From assembly GCA_965202805.1 (NCBI GenBank), contig OZ241869.1:2592001-2656000 (forward strand): a stretch of DNA of 64,000 bases, read 5' to 3'. This DNA is from Longimicrobiales bacterium. GTDB lineage: Bacteria > Gemmatimonadota > Gemmatimonadetes > Longimicrobiales > Gaopeijiaceae. The notes below the pieces were generated by a model. That model was not told the origin of the DNA. It saw only the letters and a list, made by a program, of their open reading frames with translations, and did no database searches. The stretch's first letter is position 1. The number at the start of each line of letters is the position of its first letter. Shown in pieces: positions 47,069 through 56,052 of this stretch. Position numbers and translations under genes: made by a program.

Positions 47069-47803
47069 ATGTCTCCTTCACCGCCACCCCGGGCACCCTC
47101 GGTCGCCGGCGCCGTGGCCGTGCTCATTCCCGCCCTCGACGAGGCGCCGACCATCGGGTCGGTAATCGGCGCGCTGCCGGCCGGCCTGGTCGACGAAATC
47201 GTGGTCGCGGACAATGGCTCGCGGGACGCCACCCCCCGCATCGCGCGCGACCTGGGAGCGGTCGTGGTGGACGAGCCGCGCCTGGGATACGGTTCCGCCT
47301 GTCTGGCCGGCATGCGCCACCTGGCCCGGCGGCCACCGGCGATCGTGGTGTTTCTCGACGCGGACGGGAGCGACGACCCCTCCGGCCTGGCCCGGCTGAT
47401 CGAACCCATTCGTTCGGGCGCGGCCGACATGGTGCTGGGGGTGCGCACCGGCGACCCGCCCGGCGTGCCGCTGCACGCACGCATGGGCAACCGGGTCGTG
47501 CTCATGTGCGCGCGCCTCCTCTTCGGCCTCCGCTTCCGCGACATGCCCCCCTTCCGCGCCATCCGCTACGATCGCCTGTGCGAACTGCACATGGATGACC
47601 GCGACTGGGGCTGGACCCTGCAGATGCAGATCCGCGCCGGCCGCCTCCGCCAGCGCATCGTCGAGATCGACGTCCCGTACACTCGCCGTACAGGGGGTGT
47701 TTCCAAGATCAGCGGCACGCTGAGCGGTTCCCTCAAGGCCGGCGCCAAGATGTTCCATACTCTCGCCCGCGAGAGATTGATGTCCGTGAGACAATACAGA
47801 TGA
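47069..47803 (+). CDS. GT2 glycosyltransferase (polyprenol-phosphate sugar synthase-like)
   Basis: IPALDE, DNGSRD, GYGSAC, FLDADG, GWTLQM, SKISGT. Confidence 0.9.
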   Translation: MSPSPPPRAPSVAGAVAVLIPALDEAPTIGSVIGALPAGLVDEIVVADNGSRDATPRIARDLGAVVVDEPRLGYGSACLAGMRHLARRPPAIVVFLDADGSDDPSGLARLIEPIRSGAADMVLGVRTGDPPGVPLHARMGNRVVLMCARLLFGLRFRDMPPFRAIRYDRLCELHMDDRDWGWTLQMQIRAGRLRQRIVEIDVPYTRRTGGVSKISGTLSGSLKAGAKMFHTLARERLMSVRQYR

Positions 47804-50800
47804 ACGACACCGATACCGAAGTCATGCCCCGCGCGCGGGACACACCCGCCGTCATCGACGACGTCCGCAGCCGCCTGAAGCGCGTCCTCCCCCATGGGGA
47901 AGCCGGGCTCGCGGCGGACTTCGCGGCGCTCTTCCTCGCCAGGGCCCCCGCGCTCTACCTCAGCGAGCGGAGCCCGGTGGAGCTCGCGCGGCTGACCGCG
48001 GACGCCTTCGCGTTCCTCCGGGCGAGCCGTCCGGACCGGGTGGACGTGCGCGTCTTCAACCCCGCCGCGGATCCGGAGCGGCGGCGGACTCCGGTGACCG
48101 TCATCCGCACCAACGTGGGCGAGCGCCCCTTCATCGTGGACTCGATCCGCGAGTATCTGCACTCGCGCGATCTGACCATCGAGCACTTCATCTACCCGCT
48201 GCTCGGCATCGTGCGTCACGAGGGCCGCATCCTGCGCATCGTGCCGCCCGGCGACGCGGAGGAGCGGGAATCCCTCATCCACTGCGAGATCTCGCGCGTG
48301 ACCGATCCCGCCGTCCTGGAGTCGCTTCAGGAGGAACTCGAGCACCGCCTCGCGGATGTGGTGCGCGCCACCGACGACTTCCGGCCCATGCTGGCTGGGC
48401 TGAACAGCACGATGCAGCGCCTCGATGCCCGGTCCCGCGAGCTCCCGGACCTCGCCGGCGAACTCGAAGAGATCCGGGCCTTTCTCGCCTGGCTGCGCGA
48501 CGACGGCTTCGTCTTCCTGGGGCACCGGCGCTACGACATCGCCGACGACCCCGACACCGGCGAGCCCTTCGTGATGGTGGAGCGCGGCTCCGGCCTCGGC
48601 ATCCTGCGTGACGAAGAACGTTCGGGCTACGTGAACCCGGTTCCCCTGGCAGCCATGCCCGACACGCTGCGGCACCTGCTCGCCGACGGTCCCCTGCTGC
48701 TCATCGGCAAGACCAACACCCGCTCGACCGTGCATCGACTGGCGCACATGGACTACATCGGCGTCAAGAAGCTGGATCCCGGGGGGCGGCAGGTGGGAGA
48801 GGAACGCTTTCTGGGGCTCTTCACCTCGAAGGCGTACGGCGACCACGCCGACCGGATCCCCATCCTGCGCCAGAAGCTGCGCTGGATCCTGGAGGACGCC
48901 GGGGCCCAGAAGGGGGCGCACGACTACAAGGAGATCAACACGATCTTCAACTCGATGCCGAAAGAGGAGCTCTTTCTCAGCTCGGCGCGGGAAATCGCCA
49001 AGGACGTCAGAACTGCGCTGACCTCGTACCACACCACCGGGGTGCAGGTGACCCGCCGGGAGGACCCGCTCCGCCGGGGAGCCTCGTTCATGGTCATCAT
49101 CCCGCGCGAGAAGTTCTCCGCCAAGGCGCGCAAGGCGATCGAGGCCGCGTTCGTCAACGCCCTCGACGGCGAGGTCCTCAATTATCACCTGGCGATGGGC
49201 GGCGGAGAGCAGGCCCGGCTCCACTTCTACCTGAGGGTGCGTCCGGAGCTGCTGGACGTCGTCACCGACCTTGAGCTCAAGCGGCTCGTGCAGGAGCTCA
49301 CGCGCGACTGGACCGACCGGGTGGGCGACGAGCTGGGGCAGGTCAGGCCGCGGAACGAGGCGCGCCGCCTCGCCGACCGCTACGCCACCGGCTTCGGCGC
49401 GGACTACCGGGCCATCGCCGACCCCGACGCGGCCGCCCGGGACATCCTGCAGCTCGAGGCGATGGTAGCGGACGGACGCGACCTGTCCATCGCCCTCTCC
49501 AACCCGAAGCAGAGCGCCGTGGCGCCAGGTGACCGCGTGACCGAGCTGCGCCTCTACCGGCTCGGCCCCCGGCTGGTTCTGTCGCACTTCATGCCCACGC
49601 TCGAGAACGCGGGACTGCGGGTGATCGCGGAGAAGCCGGCCCAGCTCCGGGGATCGGGCGTGCCCGAGGGGGCAGTCCACACCTTCGCCGTCCAGACCGC
49701 CGGCAAGTCTCCGCTCGACCTCGGCGAGGTCGGGCCTCCCCTGGTGGACGCCATCCTGGCGGTGAGCGCCGGCGACGCCACCAACGACCGCCTCAACGCC
49801 CTGGTGCCGGCCGCCGGCCTGGCCTGGCGGGAAGTCGAGGTGCTGCGCGCCTACTCGAGCTACGCCTTCCAGCTCGGCGCGGTCCCGAGCCGGGACTCCA
49901 TCGTCGACGCCCTTCTCAACTATCCCCGCATCGCCCGGCTGCTCTTCGCCTTCTTCGAGACCCGCTTCCGACCAGGGAAACGGGCGCGCGGGCGCCGGAA
50001 GGCCGACATGGACGCGATGCGCGCGAAGCTGCTCGCCGCCCTGAACGACGTCTATCTGCTGAGCGACGACCGTGCCCTGCGCCACCTGTTGACGCTGATC
50101 GGGGCCACGGTGCGCACCAACTACTACGCGACCGGAGGCGGCAGGCCGACGCGGCGCTCGGGCGGGGTCCCGTACATGTCGTTCAAGGTGATGGCGCGCG
50201 CGATGACGTCGCTGACCCGGACCCCGCTGCTCTTCGAGGCGTGGGTGCGCTCGGCCCGGATGGAAGGGGTGCACCTGCGCGGCGCGCGTGTCGCCCGGGG
50301 GGGCATCCGCTACAGCGACCGCCCCGACGATTTTCGCACCGAAGTGCTGGGGCTCGCGGAAACGCAGATCGTGAAGAACTCGGTGATCGTCCCCGCCGGC
50401 TCCAAGGGCGGCTTCGTCATCCTCGACCAGCCGTCCCTTTCCGTTGCGATCCGGAGCGAGGTGGAACGGCAGTACCGCACGCTGATGCGGGGGCTCCTCG
50501 ACCTGACCGACAACGTGCGGGGGGGCAGACCGGTCCCGCCCGACGCCGTGGTCAGCTACGACGACCCCGACCCCTATCTGGTGGTGGCCGCCGACAAGGG
50601 CACCGCGGGGTTCTCCGATGTCGCGAACGCGGTGGCGGGCGACTACGGCTTCTGGCTGGGCGACGCCTTCGCCTCCGGCGGCTCGAACGGATACGGCCAC
50701 AAGGAGCTGGCGATTACCGCGCGCGGCGCGTGGGAGTGCGTCAAGCGCCACTTCCGCGAGATGGGCAAGGACATTCAGTCGGAGCCCTTCACGGTGGTCG

Positions 50801-52725
50801 GCATCGGCGACATGAGCGGCGACGTGTTCGGCAACGGCATGCTGCTGTCGCCATCCATCAGGCTGATCGCGGCCTTCGACCACCGCCACATCTTCATCGA
50901 TCCCGATCCCGATCCGCGCGCATCCTTCGAGGAGAGGGAGAGGCTGTTCCACAAGCCCGGCTCCTCGTGGGCGGATTACGACGCGAGCGTGATGAGCCCC
51001 GGCGGGATCATCGTGCGGCGCGGCTCGAAGGAGGTCGAACTCTCTCCCGAGGCGCACGAGGCTCTGGGCATCGCGGGGGATCCCGGAAGGGTGAGCGGCG
51101 AGGAGCTGGTCCGGCTCGTGCTCCGGGCGGAGGCCGAGCTGTTCTGGAACGGGGGAATCGGCACCTACGTGAAGGGGTCGGACGAGACGCACGCGGACGT
51201 CGCCGATCCCTCCAACATCCCGGTGCGGGTGGATGCGAGCGAGCTTCGCGTCAAGGTGGTGGGCGAGGGCGGCAACCTCGGGCTCACGCAGAGAGCGCGC
51301 ATCGAGTTCGCGCTGGCCGGCGGACGCCTGAACGTGGACGCGCTCGACAACTCGGGGGGCGTCTCCCTCTCGGACCGCGAGGTCAACCTGAAGATCCTGC
51401 TCAACGCGGTGGTCGAGGAGGGGCGCATGACGGTGGCGGAGCGCAACCGCATGCTGCGCGAGCTGGCGGACACCGTCTCCGGGCAGGTGCTCCTCGACAA
51501 CGCCTCGCAGAGCCTGGCGGTGTCGCTCGACCTGGAGCGCGCGCGTGACGGGGTCGACGACTTTCGCCAGCTCATCTCGGAGCTGGAGCGGGACGGCTTC
51601 TTCGACCGCGCCCGCGAGGATCTGCCCACCTGGGAGCAGCTGCTCGAGCGCGACGAGGCCGGCTCCCGCCTGACCCGGCCGGAGCTGTGCGTGCTGCTCG
51701 CGCACGCCAAACTCCACCTGATGCGCCGCCTGCTGAAGGGGACGCTCATCGACGACCCGGTCGCGAGCGGCTACCTGGCGCGCTACTTCCCTCAGGCAGC
51801 CCTGAACGCCGCGGGGGAATCCGGGTTGGCTGTCCACCGGCTGGGACGCGAAATCGTGGCCAGCCAGCTCACCAATGACCTCGTGGACCTGATGGGCGCC
51901 GGATTCGTGCATCGCATGATGCGCGACTCGGGCGCTTCCGCGGATGAGGTGGCGCGGGCCTGGCTGGTGGCTTCCCGGCTCTCGGGACACCGGCAACTCC
52001 TCGCGGACCTGCGGGAGCGCGAGCGCGAGGCCGGGACCGGGGTCGCGTACCGGTGGTACATGGGGCTCAGCCGGGTGCTGGACCGCACGACCCGCTGGGT
52101 GCTGGGCAACGCCGAGCGCGAGGAGATCGACAGCCTGGTCGGCAGGAACTTCACTACCCTGCGCGAGCTGCAGCACATCTTCCCCGACGTGGTGAGCGGG
52201 GAGGACAGGCTGACCTTCGAGCGCCTGGTGTCGGCGATTCAGGAGGTCGGGCCGGGGGCGGATATCGCGCCCGCGCTGGCCACACTGCGTTTCCTGGACC
52301 AGCTCATGGACATCCTGCGCGTGGCCCGCGACACCGGGACCGCGCCGGTGTACGCGGCGCGGGCCTACTACGCGGTGTCGGAACTGCTGGAGATCCCGTG
52401 GCTCCGCCACGCGATCGACGAGTGCGCGCGGGACGAGCGCTGGGAGCAGCGCGCCGCGCGGGCGCTGAACGACGACCTGACGCGCGCGCACCACCGGATC
52501 GCCAACTTCTCGGCGGCCGCGGCGGCCGGGCGGGACGCGCAGCCCGGCGGCGTGGCGCACGTCCTGACCGCGTTGCGCAGCCGGGAGGTGGCCTACTTCG
52601 GCGAGCTGCTCACGGAATTACGCGCCGAGACCACCCTCACCCTGTCCGGGCTGGCGGTGGCGGTGCGCGCCATCATGGTGCTCTCCGAGCGTACCGCGAA
52701 AGGCGCAGGCGCAGACGAACCGTAG
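47800..52725 (+). CDS. gdhB: Large NAD-specific glutamate dehydrogenase
   Basis: RFLGLFTS, RTNYY, EGVHLRG..ARGGIRYSDR, KGGF, VVAADKGTA, GIGDMSGDVFGNG, GEGGNLG. Confidence 0.95.
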   Translation: MNDTDTEVMPRARDTPAVIDDVRSRLKRVLPHGEAGLAADFAALFLARAPALYLSERSPVELARLTADAFAFLRASRPDRVDVRVFNPAADPERRRTPVTVIRTNVGERPFIVDSIREYLHSRDLTIEHFIYPLLGIVRHEGRILRIVPPGDAEERESLIHCEISRVTDPAVLESLQEELEHRLADVVRATDDFRPMLAGLNSTMQRLDARSRELPDLAGELEEIRAFLAWLRDDGFVFLGHRRYDIADDPDTGEPFVMVERGSGLGILRDEERSGYVNPVPLAAMPDTLRHLLADGPLLLIGKTNTRSTVHRLAHMDYIGVKKLDPGGRQVGEERFLGLFTSKAYGDHADRIPILRQKLRWILEDAGAQKGAHDYKEINTIFNSMPKEELFLSSAREIAKDVRTALTSYHTTGVQVTRREDPLRRGASFMVIIPREKFSAKARKAIEAAFVNALDGEVLNYHLAMGGGEQARLHFYLRVRPELLDVVTDLELKRLVQELTRDWTDRVGDELGQVRPRNEARRLADRYATGFGADYRAIADPDAAARDILQLEAMVADGRDLSIALSNPKQSAVAPGDRVTELRLYRLGPRLVLSHFMPTLENAGLRVIAEKPAQLRGSGVPEGAVHTFAVQTAGKSPLDLGEVGPPLVDAILAVSAGDATNDRLNALVPAAGLAWREVEVLRAYSSYAFQLGAVPSRDSIVDALLNYPRIARLLFAFFETRFRPGKRARGRRKADMDAMRAKLLAALNDVYLLSDDRALRHLLTLIGATVRTNYYATGGGRPTRRSGGVPYMSFKVMARAMTSLTRTPLLFEAWVRSARMEGVHLRGARVARGGIRYSDRPDDFRTEVLGLAETQIVKNSVIVPAGSKGGFVILDQPSLSVAIRSEVERQYRTLMRGLLDLTDNVRGGRPVPPDAVVSYDDPDPYLVVAADKGTAGFSDVANAVAGDYGFWLGDAFASGGSNGYGHKELAITARGAWECVKRHFREMGKDIQSEPFTVVGIGDMSGDVFGNGMLLSPSIRLIAAFDHRHIFIDPDPDPRASFEERERLFHKPGSSWADYDASVMSPGGIIVRRGSKEVELSPEAHEALGIAGDPGRVSGEELVRLVLRAEAELFWNGGIGTYVKGSDETHADVADPSNIPVRVDASELRVKVVGEGGNLGLTQRARIEFALAGGRLNVDALDNSGGVSLSDREVNLKILLNAVVEEGRMTVAERNRMLRELADTVSGQVLLDNASQSLAVSLDLERARDGVDDFRQLISELERDGFFDRAREDLPTWEQLLERDEAGSRLTRPELCVLLAHAKLHLMRRLLKGTLIDDPVASGYLARYFPQAALNAAGESGLAVHRLGREIVASQLTNDLVDLMGAGFVHRMMRDSGASADEVARAWLVASRLSGHRQLLADLREREREAGTGVAYRWYMGLSRVLDRTTRWVLGNAEREEIDSLVGRNFTTLRELQHIFPDVVSGEDRLTFERLVSAIQEVGPGADIAPALATLRFLDQLMDILRVARDTGTAPVYAARAYYAVSELLEIPWLRHAIDECARDERWEQRAARALNDDLTRAHHRIANFSAAAAAGRDAQPGGVAHVLTALRSREVAYFGELLTELRAETTLTLSGLAVAVRAIMVLSERTAKGAGADEP

Positions 52726-52787
52726 GCGACCGCGGAGCGGAAGAGCGGCTCCCCGGCACGCCGGGTCCGACGCGCGCGGCACCAGCG

Positions 52788-52871
52788 GGCCGGGGGCCGG
52801 GACGTGACGCTGGCCGGCCGCGAGCCTGGACGTGACGTCAGCCGGCCGGGGGCCGGGATGTGGCGCTAGCC
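52788..52871. repeat. Three 28-nt tandem repeats
   Basis: GGCCGGGGGCCGGGACGTGACGCTGGCC / GGCCGCGAGCCTGGACGTGACGTCAGCC / GGCCGGGGGCCGGGATGTGGCGCTAGCC. Confidence 0.75.
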
Positions 52872-53675
52872 GATGCGGTCGATGTAGTCGTCCATCGCGG
52901 CAAGCACCTTCACGACCTCCGACGTGCCTTCCGCCGCGGTGATGTCGGCCGCAAAGTCGAACAGCATAGTGCGAACCGCTGCGCGGTCGATTTCGGCGGG
53001 GGCCGCCTCGGCAGCAGGAGCCGGCGCAGCAGCGGCGGGCTCGGGTTCCGGTGCCGGCGCCGGCTCGGGCTCGGGTGCCGCCGCTACGGGCTCGGGCTCG
53101 GGTTCCGGCGCCGCGGGCGCGCGCCGGGGACGCCGACGAGGCTTGATGCCGGCCGCCGCATCCGCCGCCCGACGAGCGGCCCGCTTCACCTGAAGCGGAT
53201 AGCGCGCGTGGAACTGGCGCTTGGTCAACTCGGCGATTCCGGCGTTCAGTTTGACCGCGCCCTCGAGCAATTCGTCCACCGAAACGTCGGGGTTGTCCTT
53301 CAACTGTCCTTCAACCCAGCTCATGACCTCGGCGTCCGTCGTCGTCTTGCTCTTTGCCGGGGCCGGGGCCGGGGCCGGAGCTTCCTCGGGTGCGGGAGCA
53401 GCTTCCGCGACAGCTTCCGCAGCGGGCTCGGGAGCGGCTTCGGGAGCTTCGGCGGCGGCTTCCGCAGCAGCTTCGGCGGCGGCCGCTGCCGCAGCCCTGC
53501 TGGCGCGCCGCTTTACCTGAAGCGGATATCGCGCATGAAACTGGCGCTTGTTCAGTTCGGCCACATCGGGCTGAAGGATCTTCGCGCCCTCGAAGAGCTC
53601 ATCCACCGTAACTTCCGGATTGTCCTGCAGTTGCTTCTCAACCCAACCCATAACTTCAGCGTCGGTCGCGACCAT
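52866..53675 (-). CDS. Hypothetical protein with two ~55-aa repeated helical domains and Ala/Pro/Glu linkers
   Basis: TDAEVMxWVE..L.DNP.V.VDEL.EGA...AEL.KRQFHARYPLQVKR occurs twice; strong RBS AGGGGAG. Confidence 0.85.
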   Translation of the reverse strand: MVATDAEVMGWVEKQLQDNPEVTVDELFEGAKILQPDVAELNKRQFHARYPLQVKRRASRAAAAAAAEAAAEAAAEAPEAAPEPAAEAVAEAAPAPEEAPAPAPAPAKSKTTTDAEVMSWVEGQLKDNPDVSVDELLEGAVKLNAGIAELTKRQFHARYPLQVKRAARRAADAAAGIKPRRRPRRAPAAPEPEPEPVAAAPEPEPAPAPEPEPAAAAPAPAAEAAPAEIDRAAVRTMLFDFAADITAAEGTSEVVKVLAAMDDYIDRIG

Positions 53676-53732
53676 TGATCAATTCTCCCCTGTGTGACGA
53701 GTAAACAGCCAGGAAATCGGTTGCCAGCGCAA

Positions 53733-53761
53733 ACGATAAGGTGTGGCAAAGTGACGCGCAA
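53733..53761 (-). promoter_or_regulatory. Putative sigma70 promoter
   Basis: Minus strand TTGCGC-N17-TATCGT in an AT-rich intergenic region. Confidence 0.55.
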
Positions 53762-53822
53762 TATCTCTCAGTGCTGACAGAAATATGATCGTGCGACGAA
53801 CGGCGTCCCAGTGTCCCCGGGT

Positions 53823-55373
53823 TCAGAAGTCAATGACGACCGCGAGCCCGAAGGTCTCCTCGAAGAGGTCTTTCTTCTGTGCCACGGTCCAGCGCTCCAG
53901 CAGCACGTCGCCATCGCACTCGGCGCTCAATCGAAGACTGCGCCCGTCCAGCGTGGCCGTGACGGAGCCGATCAGCTGACGACGCTGCCGGTCCAGTCCG
54001 TCCACCAGTCGCAGAATCGCGCCCAGGTGGTCGACCAGCACGCGGTCCCGGGGGGAAAGTGACGTGTAGCGCCGGTGATGCGACCGGGGATGGCTCTTGC
54101 GGTGGTAGCGCGCCACGTTGCCCACAATCGCCATCTCGCGCGCGGAGAGGCCCGGTATTTCCGAGTTGCCGAGAATATAGAGCGTGTGCTTGTGGTGCTT
54201 CTTCATCGCGACGAACACGCCGATATCGTGGAGGATTGCCGCGACTTTCAGGAGATGCCTCGCCTGGGCCCCCTGGCCGTGCAGGGACTCGAGCTGGTCG
54301 AACACGCTGACCGCCAGACGTGCGACATGACGGCCGTGCGCCTCGTCGAACATGTAGCGGCGCCCGAACGACACCGCCGCCTGGGTGAGCTGCTGCTCCT
54401 GCCGGGTGTCGTTGGTGGCCCTGGAATTCAGGTCGGCCATCAGGTCGAGCGTGACGCCCTCCTTGACCCCGATATGCGGAACCAGGATCTCGCGGGTGCC
54501 GGTGAGCTCCGCCAGTCGCCTGAAGACCACGGCGGCCGGCAATATGACGTCGGCGCGGTCGTGCCGCAGCCCCAGCTGTTCGATGCGCTCCGAATACGAC
54601 AGTCGCGCGAGGAGCCCGATGGCGGAATCGAGACCCGAGACGGGCAGCCTGCTGACGCCGTCCTTGCGCATGCCGGGGGCAGCCAGCGCGGCCAGGGCTT
54701 CGATGTTGCCTCCGCAGCCGATGAACCCGGTCGGCTGCCAGTATTGCGCCGGCGCGGGAATGTTCATGACCGCCACATACTCGGAGAGCAGTCGCTGAAA
54801 CGCTCCGGGCTCGTTTCCGGGCTCGGCCAGCCGTTCCAGCAGACGAACCGACCCCATGGAGTGGGTCTCGCTCCACAGCATGCCCGAGTCGTCCACCAGC
54901 GACAGCTCGACGCTGCCGCCGCCCAGATCCACGAGCAGCCAGCGACCGCCCTCCAGGCCGATGCGCGCCGCCACCGCCAGGTGCACCAGCCTCGCCTCCT
55001 CGGATCCGGTAATGGCCTTCAGCCGGATCCCGGTCTCGCGTTCGATCCGCTCGACGAGGAGAGGCCCGTTGCGCGCCTCGCGCACGGCGCTGGTCGCAAC
55101 CGCCCGATAATGCTCGATGTCGAATTGCTTCAGGTACCCCTGGAAGCGCTGGAACGCCTCGACGGTCGCGTCCATGGTCTCGGGAGCCAGTCGTCCGGTG
55201 AGGAAGACCTGGTGCCCCAGCCGAATCGGCACCCGCTCCGAATGGAGCGTGGTGTATTCCGCCGGCGTGGTGAACTCAACGGCCATGAACCGGATCCCGT
55301 TCGACCCCGTGTCGACGCACGCAAGTCGAACCGGGAATTCCACCTGTGCCTCCGGGCCGTTCGGATTCGTCAT
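53823..55373 (-). CDS. ppx: Ppx/GppA phosphatase with C-terminal HD domain
   Basis: VDTGSNGIR, VATSAVREA, GSEEARL, DLGGGSVE, RADVI, LHDIG, ARYHRK; alternative start 55445. Confidence 0.93.
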   Translation of the reverse strand: MTNPNGPEAQVEFPVRLACVDTGSNGIRFMAVEFTTPAEYTTLHSERVPIRLGHQVFLTGRLAPETMDATVEAFQRFQGYLKQFDIEHYRAVATSAVREARNGPLLVERIERETGIRLKAITGSEEARLVHLAVAARIGLEGGRWLLVDLGGGSVELSLVDDSGMLWSETHSMGSVRLLERLAEPGNEPGAFQRLLSEYVAVMNIPAPAQYWQPTGFIGCGGNIEALAALAAPGMRKDGVSRLPVSGLDSAIGLLARLSYSERIEQLGLRHDRADVILPAAVVFRRLAELTGTREILVPHIGVKEGVTLDLMADLNSRATNDTRQEQQLTQAAVSFGRRYMFDEAHGRHVARLAVSVFDQLESLHGQGAQARHLLKVAAILHDIGVFVAMKKHHKHTLYILGNSEIPGLSAREMAIVGNVARYHRKSHPRSHHRRYTSLSPRDRVLVDHLGAILRLVDGLDRQRRQLIGSVTATLDGRSLRLSAECDGDVLLERWTVAQKKDLFEETFGLAVVIDF

Positions 55374-55467
55374 GGCGGGTGTCGGGTCCGGCCCGGGTGT
55401 GGAAGCCGTCTTCGGGAGGAGATGACCGGTATTCGGGAGGGACACTGGCCGCGCGGCGGACGCGCGG

Positions 55468-56052
55468 TCAAGGGTCCGGCCAGTCGTCGAGGAGGACCGC
55501 GGACACGCGGCCGGGCCCGTGGACCCCGGTCACCATGACCTGGCCGATGTCGGCCGACTTGCTGGGACCGGAGTGCAGCGCCAGCGCGGAACCGCCGTCG
55601 CCGCGGCACGCGGCCAGCGCCTCGCCGAGGGTGGCCGCGACCGTCGTAGCGTCCACCAGCACGACGTGGGCCGGCGGGAGCAACTGGGTGCGCCGCCCGT
55701 CCCGGCTGCTCAGCACCAGCGACCCGGACTGGGCGGCCGCCGCGCGCGCCACCGACACGCCGAGCGCGGCGTGCCGGGGCGGGGCCTCGGGAACCGGCAA
55801 CGCCAGGCTCGCGGGAACGCCCGCCCCGTGGCTGACGCTCTCGAACCGGGCGGCGAACCCATGCAGCCACCCGCGCGCCGCGTCCGCGTCGGCGAAGCGG
55901 TGCACCTCGCCCCCTGCCGCGCGAAAGCTGTCCGCGAAGTGCTCCACCGCCCCCGGGGCATCCGGGGCCGCCGTATCCAGTGCGCCGGGATGAGGGGCCC
56001 GGGGTCGGCCCCGGAGCGCCTCACGCACCCGCCGAAGAACCTGCTCCCTCAT
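55468..56052 (-). CDS. lutC: Lactate utilization protein C (LUD domain)
   Basis: MREQVLRRV, LLPPAHV, SGPSKSADI, GVHGP. Confidence 0.88.
   Translation of the reverse strand: MREQVLRRVREALRGRPRAPHPGALDTAAPDAPGAVEHFADSFRAAGGEVHRFADADAARGWLHGFAARFESVSHGAGVPASLALPVPEAPPRHAALGVSVARAAAAQSGSLVLSSRDGRRTQLLPPAHVVLVDATTVAATLGEALAACRGDGGSALALHSGPSKSADIGQVMVTGVHGPGRVSAVLLDDWPDP

Noticed and set aside
47566..52560. Very long antisense ORFs (also 32142-35171, 15549-18392, 13559-16150, 39618-42170)
   Set aside because: Shadow frames of GC-rich genes with no recognisable motifs; the opposite strand carries clear conserved proteins.
53711..53728. Possible sigma54 promoter TGGCAAC on the minus strand
   Set aside because: The -12 position reads TTCC rather than TTGC, and a better sigma70 pair lies just upstream.
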